In this document: piece after piece, positions 1 to 10,628 of the stretch
Layout of the letters: every line of letters begins with the position of its first letter
Numbering within the stretch: position 1 is the first letter of the stretch
Source: a virus
Strand: one strand, 5' to 3'
DNA: 64,000 nucleotides
Virus record (IMG/VR): IMGVR_UViG_3300033984_000205
Coordinates: 30,106 to 94,105 of that record
Translations under genes and position numbers: made by a program
Notes under the pieces: generated by a model
Told to the model about the DNA's origin: nothing
Seen by the model: the letters and a program-made list of their open reading frames with translations, nothing else
Database searches by the model: none

Positions 1-3000
1 AGAAGACTTAATATAAACAATTCTGTTTACATCTTGTTCTTTATTGATATAACTACCTGTGTGTACAGGTTTAATAGGTTGAAAGACAACATTAAGTTCT
101 TCTTTAGTTAAGTCTTCTCCTTTAGCTAATTTATCATTAATCACTTTTAACTCTTTATCAGAGAGTCTTCCCATTCTGTGAAGAATAGAAACATGTTCTG
201 CAGCTGTAGAATACTCTTGAGCATCAGTAGATTCAATATCAAAATAAGCAGAAAGATCTGAAAATTCTTTAGACAAACTTTCTCTAAGTTCTTTCATATC
301 ATTCTTAGCTTTAGCATAAAGTTCAGGAGTAATATCAACAATTCCTTGTTCATATCTATCTATTATTTTAGCAGCTACATCATGCTTTTCAAGTAAAGGA
401 GTAGCTTTAGTTAAAGCTTCTTCTCCATAGTAGTTTTTAATTAAGTACTCAGCATTTTCAGTAATATCTATAGAGTCATTTAAGAATATCTGATTATACT
501 CTTCATTTCTAGAGTTAGCTATTTTATTACCAGGAGCAATAAGTAAAGCCAACCTTTTACCTAAGTTAGTACCAATTTGTTTATTGATAGAGATATAAGA
601 CTCCTCATTAGAAAAATCCCAAGCATTGATCTTAGTTTTTTCTTGTTCATTAGTCTCTTTATTTAATCTTTGTTCTGTAAATAATTTGTCTTGACTGTAG
701 TTTGCTATATCTCCAGCAAACACTTTAAACATTTCAGCATTAAATAATAGATTGTTTAATACAAAATCATTTATAGCTAAATCATAATCAATAGAAGGGT
801 CTCTTCCTGCTTCTGTAAAATAGTTTTTATCCAACATTTTAGAAGTAGTCTTACCATTTTTAGTTTCAGTATAAGGGGCCCAAGATTCTTTTTTAAACTC
901 TACTTCTTGTTGTACTACATCTTCAATAGCATTTTGAAAAGTCTCTCTAAACTCTTCTACAGCTTCATCTATAGTATAATTTAAAGTAGGACTTGCTAAT
1001 TTTTCTATAATTCTTACTCCATCTTCAGCTTTTAAAGTATTCATTATAGGAAGTAAGTGAAACAATTGAGCACCTTTGTCATAGTTTTTAATATTAGTTA
1101 CTCCTACTTCTCTATGGAATTTTACAATTCTTTTAAGTTCAGGTAAAACTAATCTATCAAATAACATTTCTTTTAATTGTGTTTTAAATCCTGAGATAGT
1201 ACCATCTTCTTCTACTTTAAATAAAAGAGATTTATCAGCCATAAAATCAAAAACAGCAGTCTCCATAAAAAGACCTGTAGTTTTATCAGACATAGTAGGA
1301 GAAAGCATATGAGCCATTCTCATAGTTATACCATCTATTTTAGTACCTGCAGGTAGTTTATCTACTTTTCTATCTTGAAATCCTGTTAAAGCATTCATAT
1401 CAAAATCTGTATCACTTAAATCAGTTAAACTTGCTTTAGTAGGGCTATCTCCTTTTTCTTTAATAGCAGTCAAAGCAACATGATGCACTTGAAACATGCT
1501 TTTAAATGCAGGCACATTTTTTAGTAAGTCAAGAATAACAGAATCTTCTGAAAAAGATAAAGACTGTAAGTCATCTATCAAAGTATTACTTTCATCAACA
1601 GCAGACCTTTTTAAGTTCTGAACCATATCAGTTACATACTTTGTAGGTACAAGAGTAGAAATGTTTTTACCAGTATCTCTAAAAGATAAAGCAATAAGAT
1701 TAGGATTGTATTTAGTTTCAACAGCACTCAAAGCTTTTGTAACTCCTCCTAGATTAGAAAATACATTTGTATTCACATCAAATTTCATTCCTGTTGGATC
1801 ATTTTTAGCTTTAGTTAAAAAGTCTACAATAGGTACAAATAATCCTCCTGCATTGACATTATACAAGTCTTTGAAAGGTACATCTCTTTGAGCATTAAAA
1901 ATTCCTTTTTCATATATCTGAGTCCAAGCAGCATCTTGAAAACTAAAGCCTAATTTACCTAGCCAATTTCTTAAATCTGTTTGAGGAACTGTAGTATGAT
2001 CTTTATCCCAAGATTTAAACTCTTCTATTAATTTATCTGCAAAAGCAACATCTACAGTTCCATCTTTTTTATAAAGACCTGAAACCATATTATCATTTTT
2101 CCATTTGTTATTAATAATTCTAGAAGCTTCATTAGCATTAGTGTTGTACATTTTAAGTGTTACTCCATTAGGACCACTTTCATACATACCAAATTTAGAA
2201 GACAAAGTATGTCTAACAAAATTGTAAACAAATTCATTTTTAATTTGTTGATCAGCTTTGTCTAGTTTACTAAGTATATCTTTTACAAAAGCAGACTCAC
2301 TTTGTTTTAATTTTTCAATTAACTTATCATAGTCAGACTCTACTTCAGACCCCATACTAAGAACTTTACTTAGCTCATTGTAAACATCATTAAAACTCAT
2401 GTAAGATGGTAACCCTAAATATGTTGTTTGAGCAACACCTTTAGCATCATACCTATTTATTTTGTGTAAAAATCTTCTAAGTCTATATGAAGCCTTAGCT
2501 TTACCTGACTCTTCAATAGATTCTTTGTTATAATCTTTTACATTCTGAGTTTCTTCATCTATATTAGTACTTTCTGTTTCTTTTTCTTTTTCAACTAACT
2601 GAGTTTGTTTTTGAATATCAGTAAAAGCTTTATCAAATAAAGGAGTAAAGTTTGCTTTAATATCTTTTATGTTTTCAAGTGTAGTTGAATAAGCTTCTTT
2701 CAATAAAGCAACTCTTTCATCTGTAGAGTTACTATTATTTAATTCAGTAAGCAAAGTTCTTAATTGAGTTTCAAGACCTACTAGTATAGGATCTAACTCA
2801 TTCTTAATATCTTCTTTTAACTTAACTTTAGAAACATTAGATTTATATTCTATACTTACTTTTTCTCCAATATTATGTACAATAAATTGTCTGATAGCTT
2901 TTTCTTGAAGAATATTTAAGTTACCTAATGTCTTAAACAAGTTAGCTAACTTAGAAGTATTCTCAATCATATCATCTCTTAGTTCAAACTCATCTAAACT

Positions 3001-6000
3001 AATACCTAAATTATTTAATAACTCAACATGTTTATCAATGTCTAAAGGTTCAGCAACTAGTTCTTTAGCTAATTCTACATTTTCAGTTTGTTGAATTTCA
3101 ATTTGTTGAGGACCTGTTACTTCTACAACTGGAGTATAAGAGACAGTAAAAGTAGGTTGAGCTACAGTAGCATACACAGGTTTTTCTTCTGTACCTACAT
3201 TAACAGATTTAAGATTACTTTTTAAAGTATCTTTTAAATAATCTTCATAATTTTTATTACTAGAAATTACTTTACCATTTACAATAGACACTATCTTGGC
3301 TTTTTTATTTCCAAGTAATGCTAAGTTAGTGTGTTGTTTAATATTAGGATAGTTTTCTTTATCAAATAAAACTTTCTTGTAAGATTCAAGTTTATCCCCT
3401 TGAATTGAAGTTTGAAAAAAAGTTTTAATAAAAGATACTAATTCTAAGTGACTTCCAATATTAAATCCCATATTTTTATTAATATCTGATAAAATCTTTT
3501 CAGCATTTTCTTTAGTCATTTCAAATTCAGTGCCTTTAATAAGATCTGTTCTTCCTTCTAAAGTCATATAGGCTGATAAAGCCCATCTTGCAGTTTCAAT
3601 TTCATCATCAGGTACTGCTCTAAGCACAGGATAAGCTCTATACTGAGGTACTATTTCTCCTTTATCATTTTTAATAGTTCCTATTTGAGAAACCATCCAA
3701 GTATGTCCATTAGTTCCATCTTTTCCAGCCATAAATAACTGTCTGTCAATTATTTTTCCTTGAAATTTGGCACTAAAAGTTGTATGTAAATCTGTCCCTC
3801 TTTGAACTACTAAGACTGCTTGAGGATTAGATTCTCTTACACTTATTGCAGGTTGAGTTTCAGGAATTTTAATAGGAGAACCTTCAGCACTCCTAGTTAA
3901 TGTAACTTCTCTTAGACCATTATTAATATTATCTCTTAATGCTCTAGCATTGTCAACACCTTTCTGAATATGATTACTCCAAATAGGATCTTGTGCAGCT
4001 CTCTTAGGATTTTTAGAACTACCTGCTGGATTTTTAATAGTGTAAGCATTAAACTTATCTACTTCTTGTACATACCCTAATCTTTTACCTTTTGAGTCTG
4101 TATAAAACATAGGAACTTTATCTCTAAACTCTTGAGTCTCTTTAAAGTTGGGATTAGTTTTTTCTCTTTCAGCTAACCATTTGTCAAAAGTGGTCATTAT
4201 AACTTTACCTTCTGCATCTCTACCATTAGTAGCTGGGATTTGACTCCAAATAGAAGGGTCAGCAATTTCAATAGAAAGTTTAGTTCCTGTTGGATTTAAG
4301 TTTGGATTAATTAAATCTCTTGGGTCTATTAAATCTCCTTCTTTATAAGCCAAATCAGTACCTTGAACAGTAACTTGAACACCTCCTTCAGTATTTACTG
4401 TAGTAGTACTCATAGCAGAGTAACCTATTCTAGGCGTAATATTAATGTTATTTGTTATTTCTTCTTCAGTTTGAGCAGTTTGAACTATAGCCATATTTTC
4501 TTCATCATAACCAATAGTAGTTACATTGTTTTGTAAAACTTGCTCTTCAATTTTTTCAGACTGTTCTGAAAATTCAGTATAAGGACTTTTATCTTCTACA
4601 GGCACAACAGTTTCAAAAATGTTTTGCATGTTCTTCATATAATCAGTTACTGCAGTTTCATAGGGATTAAATAAATCATTAAATATAGCTTGAAAATCTG
4701 TAGACTCATAACCATTTTCTTGCCATCCTCTAACCATGTGAGGAAATAAATTTCTTAAAGCTTTTTTATCTGGTGAATATTTATAAGTCTGCTCAGCAAA
4801 TTCTTTAAAAGTTGGTCTTCTACCTAGTCTTTCAGAAATTGTATCTACAGAGTCCTTAGTAAAAGCTTTGATTGATGCTAATTGTTCAGGAGCATAACTA
4901 TTTTTAGTATCAATAGATGCATCAAATTCAGAGTCATCTACAATAATTCCAGTAGTATCTGACTTTTCATTTTCTAATAAAGGGGTTATTAACTTGTCGT
5001 ATTTATCATAGATTTTATTAAGGCTAACATGACCCTCTTCTCCAAGTCCAGGATTGTTATCATATTCTTTTTGCTCTTCAGCTCTTAAATCAGCAATTTG
5101 CTCTTTATTAGTTTTAGTTTCTTCTTTTGTAGAAGTATTAACTACAGGAGTAGGTAACTCTGCAGGTATAGGAAACACATCTAAAAGACTGTCTACACTT
5201 ACTCTCACAAAATTTTGATACTCTGCTTCAGCCACATCATCTATAATAGTTACAGTAGCATCACTAGGAACTACAATAGGACTTTCTTCTGTAAAATCAG
5301 TTTCTCCTTGATAACCAGCTTGTTCTGCTCTTTTTAATAAAAGAGATTGTAGATTAGCTGCTTCAAGTTTTTCTTTATTTCTAAGTTGATTTAATTCTAA
5401 AAGACCTTTTCTTTTATTAGCAACCTCTTCAAAAAAAGTATCTGCAACTCTGCCTTTGTATTGAGTTTTAATTCTTGCTATTGTTTCATCAACTAATTCA
5501 GGAGTCTCTTCTAATTGATTATTATAATTATATGTAGCATTTTCAGGAGTGACTATATCATTTTGATAATCTCTTAAAGTCTGCTCATAAATTTTTTCAA
5601 TTCCTTTTTTAGTTTCTAATCTTTCTTCATATTCAGGACTAGTTTCATCATTAATGTCTTTGTTTAATTGACTATTATCCATTTGGAAACCAGCTTTTTC
5701 CATAAGAAGTCCTCCAAATAAACTTACTCTTGTAAGATTTTCTTCATTTAGTCCTTGAATAAAATCATTATATTCTTGTTCTTTCTCAGGAGATTCAAAC
5801 TCTTCTTTAGTTAAAAGAGTATCAATATCATAATCAATACTTAAACCTTTTCTTTGGATAAAAGCATCAATGTCTTCTTTAGCTCCTTCTTTTTGTTTTA
5901 CTAACTCTTCATCAATAAGTTTTATAGTTTGATCATTAGCTAGTTTTCTTTCTGATAAATTAAAGATTGTAGCAAAATTATCTTTTTCAGAATGTTTATT

Positions 6001-8454
6001 ATAGATTTCCATTAAACCATCAATTCTTGCTGTAGCTAAAGCAAGATTCTGTTTAGTAGAAACACTCATATCTGGATTACTTTGTATTGCTTCTAAGTTC
6101 TTTTTAAAGTTTTCTACAGTCCCTGTTCTAATAGCCATAGCTGCCAAGTTAGTAAACTTGTTTTGTTCAAGTCTATCTGCTTTAACATTGGAGTCTGCAG
6201 TGTTTTCTCTTCTTAAAGTCATAATCTTATGATCATAATCTAAAGGACTATATATAGTACCTCCAGTATTCATAAGAATATTATTAGCAACATCATCATC
6301 AGTAACAGCAGCATCAAGAGCTTTATACATCTCTTTTAACCTAGCTTTATCATTCATGTAGTTTCTTCCTCTACCTACCATACCTATTCCTCCAAAAGCA
6401 ACTCCTTGGATTAAAGTTTGTGCAACTACATCTCTATAAAAAGAGGTATCTTTTAAACTTTCTAATTGTTGAGCATAGTCTTGTTTATAAGTAGGTACAA
6501 ATTGATTCCAAATTTCTTCTGCAACTTCTCCAGGAAGACTATGAATTAAACTTGCTCTACCTGTATGAGCAATAGCATTGCCTGATAACTTACCAAGAGA
6601 TAAGTTATTTACAATATTTCTAGCATAGTTGTATCCTTTAATAGGTGCTGATACAGTTTTACCAAAACCACTTTGTTCAAATTTTTCAACTCCTGTTGTA
6701 ATTCCTTTTGCAATTTTATTGCCAATACCTGTCTTAGCTAATTTTCTCATTAGCATATTATTGGTAATACCTGGCAAAGCACTTCCTACATATTTCTCAG
6801 AAAAGTTTTCTTTTGCATTTTCAGAAAAACCATACCATAAAGATTCTCCCCAAGTGTTAGGTTTGTAAAGAGTATCAAACTCTTCAGTAATATTTTCTAA
6901 TCCTGCCTTAAGACCTTCTAGTTTTTGTTCTTCTTTATCAGTCCTTTTGTCTTTTTTCTCAAGCTCTGCAATATCATATTTTATAAGGTCTGCTTTTTTA
7001 TTGAAGTCTTTTTTATAATAGTTATATCTTTGTTCTCCAACTATTAATTTTTGTTTACCATTTTCATCAGTAATAAATTCCATATTACCTGTCTTAGCTT
7101 TAGCAGCCATAGCATAAGTACCAGGAGCAAGTAAAGAAGATACACCAATATTAGCAGCTCCTCCAGCAGCTTTAGCCCCTAGATTAGATAATAAAAACTT
7201 ACTTCCTCCTTCTCTCCATGCTTGTTTTAATGTAGTTTTAGCTGCATCTTTTATAAGAGCATTTGCAATAGTTTCTTCTGCAGCTCCTGCAATTCCTCCT
7301 GAAAGTAAAGTTGCTTCCATAAAAACAGCAGAAGTGGCTACTCCTTGTCCCCAACTGTAACCTAACTTGTTTTCAAATAGATTTTTAGCAGCTAACTCTT
7401 GAGTGTGTCCTTCAGCTTCTAAAAGACTTTGTTCATTTTCTGAAAGTCTTTCTTTAGGTTTATAGTTAATATTTTTACTATTAAGAACTTTTTCTTTTTC
7501 AATTCTATCTGCTTTATCTTTTATCTTAGCAACAGTTAAAGCATCTCCCATACCATATAAACCTACTGTAAGAAGTTCTTTTTTCTGAGTACCAAATCCA
7601 TCCCAAAATCCTGCTTTACCTGATGTGTAATCATCAATTTGAGTAATTAAATCATTGTATTTTGCAGCAGCTCTTAAAGACATGTCCATATCTGCAGATT
7701 GCCCAGGAGCAGTATCAAAATCTGTTCTGAGTTGTCCTTTATGTTCTTGTTGCCACTTTAAATATTCAGGAGATTTAGTATGATTAAGAGTAGCTTGTTT
7801 GTGTCTTTCTTGAGCCTTTTTTGCTTCTTGTTCATATTGAACTCTAAGTTCTGTTAAAGCAGGTTGTAAATCTTTTCTTTGTTGAGCAGTAAGGTCATTA
7901 TATTGTTGTTGTTCTTTTTTATTAAGTCCTATTCTAGTGTCACTAAAAGTATCATTAAAAAGATTAGAGATTTTACCAACTACAGCCATAATAGGAACTG
8001 CAAAATTCAAATTATATGTACCTTTTGGTCCACTTTTATCAATAAAAGAAGCATCAGATCTTGAGTATGCAGTGAAAGGGTTTTTTTCTTCTAGTGCTTT
8101 TATTTTTCCAGCATTGTCTAATACAGACAAAGCTTTTTCAACTCCATTCTTTTCAGCTACTTTAGTAAGAACTCTGTCTTTTTTTACAGCTTGTTCTTTA
8201 GCAAGTTGCTTCATTTCTTTCTTAGCTTCAGAAGTCTCATATTCAATTTTATCTCTTTCTCCTTTATCCACATAGGTAGAAAGTAGTTGAGCACTAATGC
8301 TATTATTAGAAGCACTTTGAGATCTTAACTCTTCAAAACTTAATCCTACTCCTGATTCAACCCCTGTACCAGCAGAAAGACTTTCAGGTTCTTGTTGAAT
8401 TTCTTGTTTTGCTTTGGCAAAAGCTGATAAAATTTTTCTTGATGGAAATGTCAT
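1..8454 (-). CDS. Giant virion RNA polymerase / ejection polyprotein (crAss-like two-barrel vRNAP), partial, runs off the window start
   Basis: The ATG at 8454 gives MTFPSRKILSAFAK. The ORF track shows no closed minus-strand ORF here, consistent with a frame open to base 1 (2818 codons). Near base 1 it encodes KRLALLIAPG, STDAQEY, FQPIKPVHTG and RIVYIKSS, which resemble crAss-like vRNAP blocks. It lies after the ejection-protein genes. The catalytic DxDxD is not seen and is presumably outside the window. Confidence 0.8.
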   Translation of the reverse strand, partial: MTFPSRKILSAFAKAKQEIQQEPESLSAGTGVESGVGLSFEELRSQSASNNSISAQLLSTYVDKGERDKIEYETSEAKKEMKQLAKEQAVKKDRVLTKVAEKNGVEKALSVLDNAGKIKALEEKNPFTAYSRSDASFIDKSGPKGTYNLNFAVPIMAVVGKISNLFNDTFSDTRIGLNKKEQQQYNDLTAQQRKDLQPALTELRVQYEQEAKKAQERHKQATLNHTKSPEYLKWQQEHKGQLRTDFDTAPGQSADMDMSLRAAAKYNDLITQIDDYTSGKAGFWDGFGTQKKELLTVGLYGMGDALTVAKIKDKADRIEKEKVLNSKNINYKPKERLSENEQSLLEAEGHTQELAAKNLFENKLGYSWGQGVATSAVFMEATLLSGGIAGAAEETIANALIKDAAKTTLKQAWREGGSKFLLSNLGAKAAGGAANIGVSSLLAPGTYAMAAKAKTGNMEFITDENGKQKLIVGEQRYNYYKKDFNKKADLIKYDIAELEKKDKRTDKEEQKLEGLKAGLENITEEFDTLYKPNTWGESLWYGFSENAKENFSEKYVGSALPGITNNMLMRKLAKTGIGNKIAKGITTGVEKFEQSGFGKTVSAPIKGYNYARNIVNNLSLGKLSGNAIAHTGRASLIHSLPGEVAEEIWNQFVPTYKQDYAQQLESLKDTSFYRDVVAQTLIQGVAFGGIGMVGRGRNYMNDKARLKEMYKALDAAVTDDDVANNILMNTGGTIYSPLDYDHKIMTLRRENTADSNVKADRLEQNKFTNLAAMAIRTGTVENFKKNLEAIQSNPDMSVSTKQNLALATARIDGLMEIYNKHSEKDNFATIFNLSERKLANDQTIKLIDEELVKQKEGAKEDIDAFIQRKGLSIDYDIDTLLTKEEFESPEKEQEYNDFIQGLNEENLTRVSLFGGLLMEKAGFQMDNSQLNKDINDETSPEYEERLETKKGIEKIYEQTLRDYQNDIVTPENATYNYNNQLEETPELVDETIARIKTQYKGRVADTFFEEVANKRKGLLELNQLRNKEKLEAANLQSLLLKRAEQAGYQGETDFTEESPIVVPSDATVTIIDDVAEAEYQNFVRVSVDSLLDVFPIPAELPTPVVNTSTKEETKTNKEQIADLRAEEQKEYDNNPGLGEEGHVSLNKIYDKYDKLITPLLENEKSDTTGIIVDDSEFDASIDTKNSYAPEQLASIKAFTKDSVDTISERLGRRPTFKEFAEQTYKYSPDKKALRNLFPHMVRGWQENGYESTDFQAIFNDLFNPYETAVTDYMKNMQNIFETVVPVEDKSPYTEFSEQSEKIEEQVLQNNVTTIGYDEENMAIVQTAQTEEEITNNINITPRIGYSAMSTTTVNTEGGVQVTVQGTDLAYKEGDLIDPRDLINPNLNPTGTKLSIEIADPSIWSQIPATNGRDAEGKVIMTTFDKWLAEREKTNPNFKETQEFRDKVPMFYTDSKGKRLGYVQEVDKFNAYTIKNPAGSSKNPKRAAQDPIWSNHIQKGVDNARALRDNINNGLREVTLTRSAEGSPIKIPETQPAISVRESNPQAVLVVQRGTDLHTTFSAKFQGKIIDRQLFMAGKDGTNGHTWMVSQIGTIKNDKGEIVPQYRAYPVLRAVPDDEIETARWALSAYMTLEGRTDLIKGTEFEMTKENAEKILSDINKNMGFNIGSHLELVSFIKTFFQTSIQGDKLESYKKVLFDKENYPNIKQHTNLALLGNKKAKIVSIVNGKVISSNKNYEDYLKDTLKSNLKSVNVGTEEKPVYATVAQPTFTVSYTPVVEVTGPQQIEIQQTENVELAKELVAEPLDIDKHVELLNNLGISLDEFELRDDMIENTSKLANLFKTLGNLNILQEKAIRQFIVHNIGEKVSIEYKSNVSKVKLKEDIKNELDPILVGLETQLRTLLTELNNSNSTDERVALLKEAYSTTLENIKDIKANFTPLFDKAFTDIQKQTQLVEKEKETESTNIDEETQNVKDYNKESIEESGKAKASYRLRRFLHKINRYDAKGVAQTTYLGLPSYMSFNDVYNELSKVLSMGSEVESDYDKLIEKLKQSESAFVKDILSKLDKADQQIKNEFVYNFVRHTLSSKFGMYESGPNGVTLKMYNTNANEASRIINNKWKNDNMVSGLYKKDGTVDVAFADKLIEEFKSWDKDHTTVPQTDLRNWLGKLGFSFQDAAWTQIYEKGIFNAQRDVPFKDLYNVNAGGLFVPIVDFLTKAKNDPTGMKFDVNTNVFSNLGGVTKALSAVETKYNPNLIALSFRDTGKNISTLVPTKYVTDMVQNLKRSAVDESNTLIDDLQSLSFSEDSVILDLLKNVPAFKSMFQVHHVALTAIKEKGDSPTKASLTDLSDTDFDMNALTGFQDRKVDKLPAGTKIDGITMRMAHMLSPTMSDKTTGLFMETAVFDFMADKSLLFKVEEDGTISGFKTQLKEMLFDRLVLPELKRIVKFHREVGVTNIKNYDKGAQLFHLLPIMNTLKAEDGVRIIEKLASPTLNYTIDEAVEEFRETFQNAIEDVVQQEVEFKKESWAPYTETKNGKTTSKMLDKNYFTEAGRDPSIDYDLAINDFVLNNLLFNAEMFKVFAGDIANYSQDKLFTEQRLNKETNEQEKTKINAWDFSNEESYISINKQIGTNLGKRLALLIAPGNKIANSRNEEYNQIFLNDSIDITENAEYLIKNYYGEEALTKATPLLEKHDVAAKIIDRYEQGIVDITPELYAKAKNDMKELRESLSKEFSDLSAYFDIESTDAQEYSTAAEHVSILHRMGRLSDKELKVINDKLAKGEDLTKEELNVVFQPIKPVHTGSYINKEQDVNRIVYIKSS

Positions 8455-8484
8455 TTTTAATTAGTGTTAAAATTTATAAATCTA

Positions 8485-10626
8485 TTAAAGACCCATTACA
8501 ACTTTTTTAATTGCTTTTATACTTAAAGCATCAGTTCTTTCTACTCCATTCATGTAAGCTTTTCCCTTATTCATAGTGTAAACATTTCCTGCTTTATCTT
8601 TAGTTTCTTGTTTAATCATTTTCCAGTTAGTTTTAGAATTTTGATTTTCAAAATATAATGCATCATCATTTGCAGAAAACCAATTTCTAACTTCAGGACT
8701 TGAAACTTGGTTTACTCCAAGTGTAGCTCTAAAAGTATTGTTACCCATTTGTACATGAACTCCCATATTAGCTTGTCCTTGATTATCATATCCACTTACT
8801 GCACCAAAAGTTTCTTCTGCAACATCCATTCCAATTTGTTTACCATTTTCATAGAAAACATATTTTTTCTTACCATCTTTAGTAACAGAAAGACCAGCTA
8901 CACCTAATCTTTGAAGATCTGCAAAAGAGTGTTGTCCATCAGGACTATAAGCATAAGTAACCTTTTCTCCATTTCTATTTCCTACTTTTCCGTCAAGTGC
9001 TTTCTTAGTTGTAAAAGCAATCTTATCTCCTTTTTTATCTTCTAAAACTTGTTCATTTCCTTGAAGTCCTCCAAACTTAAATCTAAATTTGTCTAAATCA
9101 TCTACTATAACTTTTTTAAATGACTCTTTAGTACCTTTAGATAAGTCCATACCATTTAAACTTGTGATTTGATTTTCTACAGTAACAGCATTAAACTTTC
9201 CTTCAGCATGAGCTTTCTTTGTATACTCTTCATAAGCTTTAGCAATTTCAGTATTTGTTTGCCATCCTGGTTTATATATAATTTTTTGAAGATTAGCAGG
9301 AAGACTTTTTGCAAATGTTGCTAAACTTGAATTAGCTAGTGTACTTTCTGCTTTAGATCTTTTATATGATTTATCTAATTGATCTACAGTACTTGAAAAC
9401 CCTTCTTGCTTTGCACCTGCTGCTCTTAGTGCTGTAAAATTACCATTTTTTATTTGATTATATGCAACAGAGTTTGGTTTTATACCTAACTGTCCTGCTA
9501 TTTGTAAAGCAGAATTTATTGTAGAAGTCACTTTAGCAGAAGAACTGGCTCTGTTTTTTGTTAAAGAATTAAGAGTTGCGTCTCTAGTTGTAATAGGAGT
9601 TTCATCTATAGTCTCAGCAGTAACATTTTGCTCAGCTTCTTTTGCATCAGCTCTTTGCCAACCAGCTTGTGTCCAATATCCTGAATTTGTAGATAAAGTA
9701 TCCTTAACCTCAGAGTTACTTACTTTATAAGTTTCTCCAGCAGCTCCCATTTTCTTAGCCCAATAATTGTTAGGATTAAGAACTTCTTTCATTTTAGGTT
9801 GTCCATTCTCTATAACAGGTTTTCCTGAAGCATCTAATACAGGAGTCTTAGTATAGACTTCATTAAGACCTACACTTTCAAAACCTGATATTCCTAAAGC
9901 ATTTCTTCTTTCTAAAGCAGCTTTAGTAGCTGGATCAGCATTAGCTTGTAACATGTAGGCACTTATAATAGTATTAGGATTTAATGTTTCTGAACTTCCT
10001 TCATGTCTATATACCCAAGGACCTCCTGGAGTGTCTTTAGTTCTTGAAATTTTTTGAGCTTTTAAATGATTTAAAAAGCTATCATCAAAATCTAATTTAT
10101 AATAAGAATCTGCAATCTCAGGAGCTCCCATAGCTTTACCTTTTTCTTGGTCCCACTCTACTCCTTTATATTTTGCTAATATTTTTTTCTTTTCTGCAGC
10201 AACATAATCTGCTTCAAATCCTTTCTCTTTAGCTAACTTATCTAAGTCATCATACTCAGCCAACACTTTCTTTTTATTAGCTTCCATAGTTCCTACCTTA
10301 CCTGAAGTACCCCAAGTATTAGTAATGTCTCTTCCAAGAGTATTTAAGTCTGGAGTATACTTTTGATAATTCATAGGGTCACTAATAATACCTTGTACAG
10401 CATTATCAATTCTAGTTTGATATCGTTGTATAGTAGCCCTTAATTCAGGAGAGTCTTGTTCTAATACATCAGCTTTTAACTTATCTAAATACCCTTGATA
10501 TTGAGTAATAGTATCATCTATAGCTTTGTCTTTTTTATCAATCACAGCTCCCATTAACTCATAAGGAGCTTTGTACATCTTGTCATCAAGAAATGTGGCT
10601 TCTGTACCTTTATAAAACTGTCCCAT
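8485..10626 (-). CDS. Internal virion (ejection/cargo) protein
   Basis: 713 aa with a helical N-terminus (KMYKAPYELMGAV). It lies immediately upstream of the vRNAP gene, as crAss-like cargo genes do. Confidence 0.6.
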   Translation of the reverse strand: MGQFYKGTEATFLDDKMYKAPYELMGAVIDKKDKAIDDTITQYQGYLDKLKADVLEQDSPELRATIQRYQTRIDNAVQGIISDPMNYQKYTPDLNTLGRDITNTWGTSGKVGTMEANKKKVLAEYDDLDKLAKEKGFEADYVAAEKKKILAKYKGVEWDQEKGKAMGAPEIADSYYKLDFDDSFLNHLKAQKISRTKDTPGGPWVYRHEGSSETLNPNTIISAYMLQANADPATKAALERRNALGISGFESVGLNEVYTKTPVLDASGKPVIENGQPKMKEVLNPNNYWAKKMGAAGETYKVSNSEVKDTLSTNSGYWTQAGWQRADAKEAEQNVTAETIDETPITTRDATLNSLTKNRASSSAKVTSTINSALQIAGQLGIKPNSVAYNQIKNGNFTALRAAGAKQEGFSSTVDQLDKSYKRSKAESTLANSSLATFAKSLPANLQKIIYKPGWQTNTEIAKAYEEYTKKAHAEGKFNAVTVENQITSLNGMDLSKGTKESFKKVIVDDLDKFRFKFGGLQGNEQVLEDKKGDKIAFTTKKALDGKVGNRNGEKVTYAYSPDGQHSFADLQRLGVAGLSVTKDGKKKYVFYENGKQIGMDVAEETFGAVSGYDNQGQANMGVHVQMGNNTFRATLGVNQVSSPEVRNWFSANDDALYFENQNSKTNWKMIKQETKDKAGNVYTMNKGKAYMNGVERTDALSIKAIKKVVMGL

Positions 10627-10628
10627 GA

